Of a DNA stretch of 32,000 bases, positions 24,805-32,000 are shown piece after piece. The translations under genes were made by a program, and so were the position numbers. Below the pieces are notes generated by a model that was not told where the DNA came from, ran no database searches, and worked only from the letters and a program-made list of their open reading frames with translations. The stretch is from Candidatus Marsarchaeota G2 archaeon ECH_B_1 (GTDB taxonomy: Archaea > Thermoproteota > Thermoprotei_A > Marsarchaeales > Marsarchaeaceae): contig NEXG01000007.1 in the NCBI GenBank assembly GCA_003019535.1, positions 55,374 through 87,373 of the forward strand. Reading direction: 5' to 3'. How positions within the stretch are numbered: the first letter of the stretch is position 1; every line of letters starts with the position of its first letter.

Positions 24805-25692
24805 ATGAGGCCTTCAGGAATATATGTGCCCATCATAACACCCCTGACAAATGAAGGGGCCATTGATTTAGAAGGGCTTCGGACGCTTGTGGACAAACTC
24901 ATCGGGAGCGGCGTGAACGGTATAGTACCCCTCGGCACAAGCGGTGAATTCGCACTCTTAAACCAAGATGAACGTGCAGAAGTCATCCAAACAGTGGTTC
25001 ATCAAGCAAATGGACGCGTACCAGTCATAGCTGGTGTTTCAGACGCTGGGACAAGGAACGCGGTGGAGAACGCTCTCAAAGCTGAAAGGCTCGGTGCGGA
25101 TGCCGTTATCGCAACGCCACCATACTACTATCATGTTTCACCACAGGGTTTGTTTGAACACTTCAAACTAATAGCCGACTCAGTGTCCATACCCGTGATG
25201 GTGTACAACATACCATCCTACACCCATACCGAGATACCCATACACACACTAAAACGGATAGCTCAACTCGATAGGCTCGTGGGTATGAAGTACACCACAA
25301 CCGATTTTCAAAGCTTCCTCGAAGCCTTATATGAACTTAAGAGTGATAAGTTCTCGGTTATGATCGGATCCGACAGCATGATATTCCAAGCTATCCAAGC
25401 AGGGGGTGACGGCGCCGTTACTGGGCTGGCGAATATTGCGCCCAAAGAGTGTGTCCAAATCTACTCCCAGCTCAAGGCGGGCAACACCGACACAGCTTTA
25501 AGAATACAGAAAGAAATCTTTCCACTCGCCCAAGCCATGGGAATCGGAGACTTCCCAGCCGCCTTAAAGGAAATGGCCAACATGCTTGGTTTAAAAGCGG
25601 GACCAGTACGGCGACCACTCCAGCCACTTAACCAAGAGCAACGCCAGATTGTGAGAAACGCACTCCTCTCAAGTGGCCTGCTGAAGAATTAA
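24805..25692 (+). CDS. DHDPS/N-acetylneuraminate-lyase family class I aldolase (candidate KD(P)G aldolase or DapA)
   Basis: PIITPL, PLGTSGEF, VMVYNIPS and the Schiff-base Lys context VGMKYTT. Substrate cannot be assigned from sequence alone. Confidence 0.85.
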   Translation: MRPSGIYVPIITPLTNEGAIDLEGLRTLVDKLIGSGVNGIVPLGTSGEFALLNQDERAEVIQTVVHQANGRVPVIAGVSDAGTRNAVENALKAERLGADAVIATPPYYYHVSPQGLFEHFKLIADSVSIPVMVYNIPSYTHTEIPIHTLKRIAQLDRLVGMKYTTTDFQSFLEALYELKSDKFSVMIGSDSMIFQAIQAGGDGAVTGLANIAPKECVQIYSQLKAGNTDTALRIQKEIFPLAQAMGIGDFPAALKEMANMLGLKAGPVRRPLQPLNQEQRQIVRNALLSSGLLKN

Positions 25693-25693
25693 A

Positions 25694-25710
25694 AACTCAA
25701 CCCTTGAGTT
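25694..25710 (+). terminator. Perfect 7-bp hairpin directly after the aldolase stop (AACTCAA-ccc-TTGAGTT)
   Basis: Read directly from the sequence. It starts 2 nt after TAA 25690-25692. No T-run follows, so a terminator role is uncertain. Confidence 0.25.
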
Positions 25711-25868
25711 CTATGGGGATTCATTAACAACACGGAAGCCCTAACGAACACATTGAATTAATTAAATAGGCATCAGATTTAACAAAAACAAGCAACCAAA
25801 ACGCTAGGACACTCATGTGAATGGTTGGGTGTCCACACTTTTAGAATAAAGCTCGTACAAATTATCTG

Positions 25869-25874
25869 AAAAAA
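25869..25874 (-). terminator. Oligo-T tract downstream of sod
   Basis: T6 on the minus strand, 14 nt after the sod stop. Confidence 0.35.
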
Positions 25875-25887
25875 TGGGTGGGAAACT

Positions 25888-26517
25888 TTAGAGGTGTTTT
25901 TGTAGGCGTTTTTCTGCGTCATCCCAGTTGACAACATTCCACCAAGCATCGATGTACGCGTTCCTGTTAGTCTTGTATTGGAGATAGTAGGCGTGTTCCC
26001 ATTGGTCAAGTAGTATAACTATTGGTAGGTCCACTATATGATTTATGAAGTGGTTTTCAACCGTGGTGAAGACCAATCTACCCAAGTCCTTTTCATAATA
26101 CATTATTGTCCAGCCAGAACCAGTTAGAGACCTCATAACGTCGGTGTAAACCTGTTTGAACTTGTCGAAACCACCAAACTGCTTGTCTATTAGGTCACCC
26201 AGCTTGCCTCCAGGCTTACCTCCACCCTTGGACCCCGGTGAACCCAAGTTCTGCCAGAAGACATTGTGGAGACGCGCCCCGTTCGAGTTGAACACAAAGT
26301 TCCTAACAACACCGGCCCAGTCGTGATCCTTGACTTCCCCCTTGAAAATCTTCTCGATTTTGTCTATGGCCGCGTTTGCACCATTCACGTAGCCCTTGTG
26401 GTGTACGTTATAGTGAAGATCCATTATATCCTTGCTTATATAGGGTTCCAGTGCGTCATAGTTGTACGGAAGAGGAGGCAACTCATATTTTTTTAACTCC
26501 GGTTTAAAAGTGGACAT
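25888..26517 (-). CDS. sod: Fe/Mn superoxide dismutase
   Basis: [34 protein letters not shown], and [16 protein letters not shown]. This is very similar to my memory of Sulfolobus SOD. The start is placed at ATG 26517 because the TATA box lies inside the longer GTG 26541 version. Confidence 0.95.
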   Translation of the reverse strand: MSTFKPELKKYELPPLPYNYDALEPYISKDIMDLHYNVHHKGYVNGANAAIDKIEKIFKGEVKDHDWAGVVRNFVFNSNGARLHNVFWQNLGSPGSKGGGKPGGKLGDLIDKQFGGFDKFKQVYTDVMRSLTGSGWTIMYYEKDLGRLVFTTVENHFINHIVDLPIVILLDQWEHAYYLQYKTNRNAYIDAWWNVVNWDDAEKRLQKHL

Positions 26518-26545
26518 CTCAGACCTGTTGAATCTCCTCACCCAT

Positions 26546-26553
26546 GTATTTAG
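26546..26553 (-). promoter_or_regulatory. TATA-like box for sod
   Basis: CTAAATAC on the minus strand is centred about 31 nt upstream of ATG 26517. Confidence 0.4.
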
Positions 26554-26825
26554 CTCTTACGTGCATGACAAAAAGAATGACCAATAAGTATTCCAGATGA
26601 TTAGACCGCACTAAACTAGAAGACTACATCATGGGTTTTACACATTTTCATACTATGAGGCCTACTGTAAGCTCGTCAGAAAAGAGAGGCTCCCCACCCC
26701 ATTCACAGAGCTCCACTCTCTACCGAATGTTATGGCGACCACGCCTCCAAATCGTTGAAGTCATGTGTCCCCGTAAACTATATTAACGCAATAGACCCTC
26801 GATACTACAAATCCAATATAGCTTC

Positions 26826-26830
26826 AAAAA
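26826..26830 (-). terminator. Oligo-T tract downstream of tatC
   Basis: T5 on the minus strand, 9 nt after the tatC stop. Confidence 0.3.
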
Positions 26831-26838
26831 CGCAATGA

Positions 26839-27648
26839 CTAGACTCTGTTGTTCTGCTTTCTAACAACGAAACGCACTAGGAGTAAGCCGACCAAGTATA
26901 GGCTAGAGAGGGTGAGCCCTATCACCGTCTCCATGAGCCCACCTGTGGCCCCTGGTGAAATTAGCAAGGCTATAAAGAAGCAGCCCAGCACAGCCCAGCG
27001 CCAACCAGCCCTCCACGTCTCATAGCTTACAACACCGATATATGATAGGCCCACCATGAATACGGGTAATTCAAATGAGAGCCCTAGGGCAACCATGTAG
27101 GCTACCACTATCATGATAAATGAACGTACACTCATGGTGGGCTCAACACCCAAACTCACTGTGAGTGAATGTATAACGCTGAAGAGCACGGGTAGAATAA
27201 TCCAGTATGCGAAGAATGCACCAGTTATGAATAGCAGTGTTGCGGGTATGATGAGTGCCCGCGCCAGCCTCTTTTCACGATGTGTAAGTGCGGGTGACAC
27301 AAACGCGCTGATCTCGTACGCCCACACAGGCACGCTGAACACGCCAGCTAGCAGGGCTGCGACGTAAAGCGTTGATATAAGAGTATCAAAAGACCCAATA
27401 TTGATGAGAGTGAACTTCTGGTAGAGGAAGTGGTCAACCATTAGATGGAAAACTTGGGTGCTCACACTGTCGAAGAAGCTTGGAAAAGGATAATACACAA
27501 CTATTGAACCCAAGTCTGCCCTCTTAATAGTGAAGAAGAAGAAAAAGAGGAACTCGACGCCGAATACGACAAGCGCCACAGTTAACCTATGAACGAGCTC
27601 AGATATATGTGATAACAGTGAGGTGTTCTTAGCTGGGTCAAGGCTCAA
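26839..27648 (-). CDS. tatC: Twin-arginine translocase subunit TatC
   Basis: 269 aa with 6 hydrophobic helices. N-terminus LLSHISELVHRLTVALVVF and the central FVSPALTHREKR are typical of TatC. TTG start. Confidence 0.9.
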   Translation of the reverse strand: MSLDPAKNTSLLSHISELVHRLTVALVVFGVEFLFFFFFTIKRADLGSIVVYYPFPSFFDSVSTQVFHLMVDHFLYQKFTLINIGSFDTLISTLYVAALLAGVFSVPVWAYEISAFVSPALTHREKRLARALIIPATLLFITGAFFAYWIILPVLFSVIHSLTVSLGVEPTMSVRSFIMIVVAYMVALGLSFELPVFMVGLSYIGVVSYETWRAGWRWAVLGCFFIALLISPGATGGLMETVIGLTLSSLYLVGLLLVRFVVRKQNNRV

Positions 27649-27711
27649 AGGAGACTAAACCAAACACTAAAAACAGTGATTTTAAACCAACCTAGAATTT
27701 TCGAAAAAAAT

Positions 27712-28080
27712 CTACTGGGAACCAGCGGACTGAGTCTTTTTGAGCTCTCTGAGCTCGCGTTCGAGCTGCTCTATCCTCGCTGCTATGGACGAGCGGTCAG
27801 CGCTCTGAATTGAAGGAGACGTCGTCGACCCCGTCCCAGCTGTGGCAGCTACCTGCTGCGTAGAAGCCGAACTATTCGCTTCAGAAGCGGCTTGTGGCTT
27901 CTGTTCGGATGCCGCGTCAGTCATGGCTCTTATCTCCTTCTCAACCTCCGCTTGCCCACGCCTGAACTCACCCATAGCCCTACCTAAGCCACGAGCCAAC
28001 TCAGGGATCTTTTTTGAGCCGCCGAAGAGTAAAAGCGCAACCACGAGTAGAATGGCCCAATCGGTAATACTACCGATCAT
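27712..28080 (-). CDS. tatA: Twin-arginine translocase subunit TatA/E with a long Ser/Ala/Thr/Gln-rich and coiled-coil tail
   Basis: N-terminus WAILLVVALLLFGGSKKIPELARGLGRAMGEFRRG. The C-terminus is low-complexity, followed by IEQLERELRELKK. Confidence 0.9.
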   Translation of the reverse strand: MIGSITDWAILLVVALLLFGGSKKIPELARGLGRAMGEFRRGQAEVEKEIRAMTDAASEQKPQAASEANSSASTQQVAATAGTGSTTSPSIQSADRSSIAARIEQLERELRELKKTQSAGSQ

Positions 28081-28104
28081 GACACAGATAGCATACCACG
28101 GAAC

Positions 28105-28112
28105 TCTTAAAG
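28105..28112 (-). promoter_or_regulatory. TATA box for tatA
   Basis: CTTTAAGA on the minus strand is centred about 28 nt upstream of ATG 28080. Confidence 0.45.
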
Positions 28113-28288
28113 CCTACTATTCACACATTAGGCGTTGAATCGCACCCTACGCGTGTATATGTGTCTACGACATAACTAAATGAGCCCATCTGTGGATCCT
28201 TAGTTATTCTCTAAAGAATAATCACAGTTTAAGTATGCAGTGTGAAAAATCGTCTAGTGTAGACGTAGGTTTGCTCGCGAACGTTTGA

Positions 28289-28313
28289 CCATGTGTGTTT
28301 TATATACACATGG
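28289..28313. promoter_or_regulatory. Perfect 8-bp palindrome arms flanking and overlapping the TATA box of the 129-aa ORF (CCATGTGT-gttttatat-ACACATGG)
   Basis: Read directly from the sequence. TTTTATAT (28298-28305) is centred 27 nt upstream of GTG 28329. The arms occupy 28289-28296 and 28306-28313. Confidence 0.5.
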
Positions 28314-28328
28314 ACCTAGTACATATGT

Positions 28329-28718
28329 GTGAGTGAAGAGGAGTTTTGGAGCTGCTATTCGGAAATCGAGGAGGCGGCTCACTCGTCTTTCGAAGAGTTT
28401 GCAAGTAGCGATAAGCTTTTGGATAAAGCTCTTGAGGGGATACGTGGATGCTTACGGGTTACGGAGGGTGAGGCCAAACGGCTCGCGGAGAGAATGGGTC
28501 TGGATGTCAACGGAAATATAATTGAACTATCATGGGTGCTCGCGAAGGCACGTGTCATAAGCCCCAAGCTACTGGATGACCTTGAAGACGTGTACGCGAT
28601 CTCCCAAAAAGGAGCTGATAGGCTAACTGTTTACTCGGCTCTCATAAGAAGCATGGAGGTCATAGAGGCCTTGTGGAGCTCGGTAAGAAGCCAGCTAAAC
28701 GAGCCCACACATCGTTAA
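28329..28718 (+). CDS. Acidic, predicted all-helical 129-aa protein, function unknown
   Basis: GTG ORF at the leaderless distance from a TATA box. Its composition (E/L/A/K/R-rich) is typical of a genuine thermophile protein. No family recognised. Confidence 0.55.
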   Translation: MSEEEFWSCYSEIEEAAHSSFEEFASSDKLLDKALEGIRGCLRVTEGEAKRLAERMGLDVNGNIIELSWVLAKARVISPKLLDDLEDVYAISQKGADRLTVYSALIRSMEVIEALWSSVRSQLNEPTHR

Positions 28719-28798
28719 CGGTCGAGATTAAGGGGCGGACCTGATATCCAAATAGCTTGTGCCAGACTCTATGACGTTGACAACGTGAGGTGTAAGCC

Positions 28799-28804
28799 TT
28801 ATAA
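28799..28804 (+). promoter_or_regulatory. TATA box for ctaB
   Basis: TTATAA is centred about 25-27 nt upstream of TTG 28826 / ATG 28829. Confidence 0.4.
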
Positions 28805-28825
28805 CAAATCTATATCCTCTAAATC

Positions 28826-29686
28826 TTGATGAGTAAGATTCCTGATTACATAGAACTCATGAAACCCCGGCTTATCCCATTACTCCTATTGGTTGCAATA
28901 GCCAGCATGGTTGTCGCGAAGGGTGAGGCTTTAGGTATTAGACCACTGGTCGAAATGGGCGTATTGGGGTTTATAGGACTAGGGGGCTCAGCGGCTCTAA
29001 ATAACTACTTTGACCGGGATATAGACTCCAAGATGGATAGGACCGCATGTAGACCCATACCGTCGGGGAGGGTTCCGCCGAAGAACGCCCTCCTATTTGG
29101 GCTGGTGCTTATTGGTGTATCAATTATCCTCACAGCCTCTCTACTCAACCCCCTTACAGCCTTCATAATAGGGCTTGGAGCTTTCCTGTACGTGTGGTTC
29201 TACACACTCAAGCTAAAGAGGAACACGCCGAGCGCGGTGGTTTGGGGTGGGTTGGCGGGGTCGATACCCGCACTCGGCGGCTGGGCTGCCGTGTCTAGAA
29301 CGGGGTGGCTCACTCCACTATTCATATTCTTGGTGGTCTTCTTCTGGCAGCCGAGTCACTTCTGGTCGCTCGCACTACTCGTAAAGCAGGATTATGGGAG
29401 GGCGGGTGTACCCGTTTTACCAGTACTTGAAGAAGAGAGTAAAGTGGTGTCGAACGCCATCCTATACAACGTGCTGGTCTTACCCTTCACATACCTATTA
29501 TTCATAACAGGAGGACTGCACCCATTCTATCTATACTCAATTACGGTGCTAAACCTCTTTTTGATGGTCTTCTCCGTAGTGGCCTATTTTGTAAAGAAGA
29601 GGAATGTGTACAGGTCAAACTATCGGTTCTCTCTTGCCTACATGTTCATGTTTCTCCTTGCGCTCATAGTTGGAAAGCTCGTCTAA
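28826..29686 (+). CDS. ctaB: Protoheme IX farnesyltransferase (heme O synthase), UbiA superfamily
   Basis: NNYFDRDIDSKMDRTACRPIPSGRV (N-x3-D-x3-D plus the RT..RP motif) and about 8 hydrophobic helices. 286 aa. Confidence 0.9.
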   Translation: MMSKIPDYIELMKPRLIPLLLLVAIASMVVAKGEALGIRPLVEMGVLGFIGLGGSAALNNYFDRDIDSKMDRTACRPIPSGRVPPKNALLFGLVLIGVSIILTASLLNPLTAFIIGLGAFLYVWFYTLKLKRNTPSAVVWGGLAGSIPALGGWAAVSRTGWLTPLFIFLVVFFWQPSHFWSLALLVKQDYGRAGVPVLPVLEEESKVVSNAILYNVLVLPFTYLLFITGGLHPFYLYSITVLNLFLMVFSVVAYFVKKRNVYRSNYRFSLAYMFMFLLALIVGKLV

Positions 29687-29687
29687 T

Positions 29688-30143
29688 CTACTCTGTGCTA
29701 CTCTTCTCTTGATGTACACCGTCCGCATCAACCTCTGCTGGGTCTATAAATTCATCAGAAACAATTCTCTTCCTATACATGAACCCTTCATATACCCCGT
29801 GCCAGTGGTCGACGCTTTTTTCACCTATCTTCCAACACAAGTAGACTTCTTCGCCCAGCCTGAGTGCCGGGAAATCCACTAACCCCTCATATATATCCTT
29901 CAGTAGACATCCCTTTTCCTGTAGGCTGACGACAAGCTCGGCTAATTCACTGTAAAGCTCCTCGAGCCTAAGCCTCATCGCCACTTGGTCAAACACCTTA
30001 GCTCCAGATATGGTTGGCGCCTCCAAGTCGTCACGTAGAGAGTCAATCTCCGTCTGCTTAACTATTATCTTCTCCACTATTTGGCGTACAAGGGGTAGAA
30101 TCGTGTTGGCCGACGCTGGGGTAAAATACTTTTTCTCCTGCAC
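29688..30143 (-). CDS. DUF2203-like protein (assignment from memory of the family pattern)
   Basis: KKYFTPASANTILPLV..., and C-terminal GCLLKDIYEGLVDFPALRLGEEVYLCWKIGEKSVDHWH..GF..RKRI. The start is placed at GTG 30143 because TTTATT (30166-30171, minus strand) is centred 26 nt upstream. The maximal ORF reaches 30221. Confidence 0.6.
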   Translation of the reverse strand: MQEKKYFTPASANTILPLVRQIVEKIIVKQTEIDSLRDDLEAPTISGAKVFDQVAMRLRLEELYSELAELVVSLQEKGCLLKDIYEGLVDFPALRLGEEVYLCWKIGEKSVDHWHGVYEGFMYRKRIVSDEFIDPAEVDADGVHQEKSSTE

Positions 30144-30274
30144 AATAACAATTATCATCAAGGTGAATAAATCCATGACGTCGATTTCTAGCACACCAAT
30201 CAGACTGAACCGGGAGAACACAGCGTTTGGTGGTGAGAAGCAATAGCTCTATTTATGGGTGTAGATATGACTAC

Positions 30275-30523
30275 TTGATCACATTGAGTGGGGAAACAGA
30301 GTACTACGTTGCCTATCCAAAAAGAAAGTCTAAGGTTAGCCTCGATGAGGTTGATAGGATCATCGTGGTAGCCCAGAATTCTCTCGCTGAGGTGGAGGAA
30401 CAAAGTGATGGGCACACAATCAAACTTGTGTTTCCAGATAACTTTCAGGCGAGGGAGTTCAAAGAAAAGCTCGCTAATTACTTCCCTAATTGGACAATGA
30501 GGAAACTCGTGAAAAAACAGTAG
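30275..30523 (+). CDS. Small hypothetical protein (about 80 aa)
   Basis: The ORF is open from TTG 30227. The TATA-like box CTATTTAT (30249-30256) predicts a TSS near 30279, which favours the in-frame TTG 30275 or 30284. No family recognised. Confidence 0.4.
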   Translation: MITLSGETEYYVAYPKRKSKVSLDEVDRIIVVAQNSLAEVEEQSDGHTIKLVFPDNFQAREFKEKLANYFPNWTMRKLVKKQ

Positions 30524-30575
30524 ATGACACTTGGAAGGGTTTTTGTGTACCTATTGCTTGGTTTGCTTGGTGCCC

Positions 30576-31874
30576 ATGATGCCTAACGATGGTTTAAGAT
30601 ACGTTGAGGAAGCGAGGAGGATAGTCTCCGAGCAGAACGAGTGGAGAGGCAAGAAGACGCTCAACCTGATAGCGAGTGAAAATGTGATGAGTCAGGGTGC
30701 GGCTAGCGTTTACAACTCCGATTTTGAACACAGGTATGCTGAAGGTGAGATAGGTGAGCGATACTACGAAGGCACAAGGTATGTTGACCAAGTCGAAGCA
30801 TTGCTTGACGAAGCACTGAAAAAACTCTTTAAGTGCGCTTATGTGAACTACAAACCCATATCGGGAGCACAGGCCAACCTCGCGGTTTTCTACGCCTATG
30901 CGAAGCCAGGCGACTCGGTGATGAGCCTTGACGTGCCAAGCGGCGGCCATATAAGTTATAGGGAGTTCGGCGCGGCGGGGTGCAGGGGGCTCAATGTCCA
31001 CGACATACCTTTCAACCCCTCCAAACTTGAGGTTGTACTAGAGGAGCTACGAAACAAGGTACGCCAAGTAAGGGATAAACTCAGGATAGTCACACTTGGG
31101 GGAAGCCTGTTTCTCTTCCCGCATCCAGTCAGGGAGATAGCAACCATACTACGCGAAGAAGCTCCAGACCAAGATGTGGTAGTACACTACGACGCGGCTC
31201 ACGTTCTCGGACTAATAGCTGGCGGTGTGTTTCAGGACCCCCTCAGAGAGGGAGCAAACATAATCTCGAGCTCAACCCACAAGACATTCCCAGGACCACA
31301 AGGAGGGCTGATCCTAGCCGAAGGGTTGACTGACAAGAAGATCTCAGCCATCCGCAAATCAATCTTCCCAGGCCTCGTGTCTAATCACCATCTGCACAGG
31401 CTACCAGCACTACTATACACAACAGCCGAAATGATAGCTTTCGGACACCAATACGCGCTACAAACCGTGAGGAACGCTAAGCGACTGGCCAAAGCGCTCG
31501 ACGAACTGGGGTTCAAGGTCCTCGGAAAGGAGAAAGGCTACACCGAGTCCCACCAAGTGGCGTTCGATGCATCACCTATTGGTGGGGGCACGTATGTGGC
31601 AACTAGGCTAGCAGAAGCCAACATAATCGTAAACAAGAACCTGCTACCAGGCGAAAACTCTAAGAACTCGAAAAATCCTTCGGGGATACGTATCGGTGTC
31701 CAAGAAATCACGCGCTACGGTATGAAAGAGGAGGAAATGGAGCGGGTGGCCCAAATGATGAGTGAAGTTATCCTCAGCAAAACCGAACCATCAAGGGTAG
31801 CCATAGAGGTTGAAAAACTAAGAGCCGAGTTCCCACACATAGGATACACATTTGATGCAATTGTGCAGGGCTAA
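30576..31874 (+). CDS. glyA: Serine hydroxymethyltransferase
   Basis: LNLIASENVMS, YAEGEIGERYYEG, the PLP-Lys context SSTHKTFPGPQGG and SNHH. The start is placed at ATG 30576 (MMPNDGLRYVEEA...). The ORF track's TTG 30531 adds a Cys-rich extension that seems unlikely. Confidence 0.95.
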   Translation: MMPNDGLRYVEEARRIVSEQNEWRGKKTLNLIASENVMSQGAASVYNSDFEHRYAEGEIGERYYEGTRYVDQVEALLDEALKKLFKCAYVNYKPISGAQANLAVFYAYAKPGDSVMSLDVPSGGHISYREFGAAGCRGLNVHDIPFNPSKLEVVLEELRNKVRQVRDKLRIVTLGGSLFLFPHPVREIATILREEAPDQDVVVHYDAAHVLGLIAGGVFQDPLREGANIISSSTHKTFPGPQGGLILAEGLTDKKISAIRKSIFPGLVSNHHLHRLPALLYTTAEMIAFGHQYALQTVRNAKRLAKALDELGFKVLGKEKGYTESHQVAFDASPIGGGTYVATRLAEANIIVNKNLLPGENSKNSKNPSGIRIGVQEITRYGMKEEEMERVAQMMSEVILSKTEPSRVAIEVEKLRAEFPHIGYTFDAIVQG

Positions 31875-32000
31875 ACTTTAAATGTGGTGGACGCCACACG
31901 ATGGTGTCCGGATAAGACTTCATCCGTGTCACCTCCACTCAGTGTACCAGTGCATGAATAGTTCTAGGAAGTCGAGAAGAGGTGTGAAGGGTGTTTTCTT

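Noticed and set aside
24708-24986. 92-codon minus-strand ORF across the sua5/aldolase divergent promoter
   Set aside because: It overlaps the aldolase N-terminus in antisense, spans the promoter region, and has no supporting motif.
26518-26541. N-terminal extension MRRFNRSE of the SOD ORF, which resembles a twin-arginine motif next to tatC/tatA
   Set aside because: No hydrophobic h-region follows. The TATA-like box lies within or adjacent to this extension, and the Sulfolobus SOD I recall starts at the position equivalent to ATG 26517.
28826-28845. C/D-box-like TTGATGA ... CTGA pattern
   Set aside because: It coincides with the first codons of ctaB (TTG ATG AGT AAG ATT CCT GAT). There are no C'/D' boxes and no terminal stem.
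1-32000. Search for CRISPR repeats, IS/transposase or integrase genes, long terminal inverted repeats, rRNA/tRNA genes and toxin-antitoxin or other defence gene signatures
   Set aside because: None found by eye. The only multi-copy short element is the ATCCAGACA triplet reported above. A computational repeat search and a tRNAscan/Infernal run would be needed for certainty.

Overview
Gene-dense chromosomal segment (about 50% GC, close to 90% coding, 34 supported CDSs) from a hyperthermophilic archaeon, probably a crenarchaeote (Thermoproteota). Evidence for this: reverse gyrase, a Sulfolobus-like Fe/Mn superoxide dismutase, archaeal-type Sua5 and GlmU-like enzymes, and A/T-rich TATA octamers centred about 26 nt upstream of most start codons, which implies leaderless mRNAs, many with TTG or GTG starts. 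Most of the content is housekeeping: an IscU/SufU-like scaffold, a CBS protein, citrate synthase, Hsp20, an ABC1/UbiB kinase, a PaaF-like plus PaaG-like crotonase pair, glycerate 2-kinase, a succinate dehydrogenase operon in the unusual order A-(membrane)-(membrane)-B, IlvE, reverse gyrase, a GlmS-GlmU-like operon, Sua5, a DHDPS/KD(P)G-aldolase family lyase, SOD, TatA/TatC, heme O synthase, a DUF2203-like protein and SHMT. I found no rRNA, tRNA, CRISPR array, transposase/integrase, prophage or recognisable defence gene. Four things are not explained by ordinary annotation. (1) A tightly coupled GT2 glycosyltransferase plus Pol-beta-fold nucleotidyltransferase pair (13743-15636). It sits behind the longest AT-rich spacer in the window and is followed by two small membrane proteins. 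This is my best candidate for an undescribed module, but function is inference only. (2) A 344-bp non-coding gap (23253-23596) containing a statistically unexpected triple 9-mer repeat, which also reaches into the C-terminal tail of Sua5. (3) A perfect palindrome wrapped around the TATA box of an orphan acidic 129-aa gene. (4) Several other unexplained long spacers and hairpins. All family assignments come from motifs read by eye and no database search was run.
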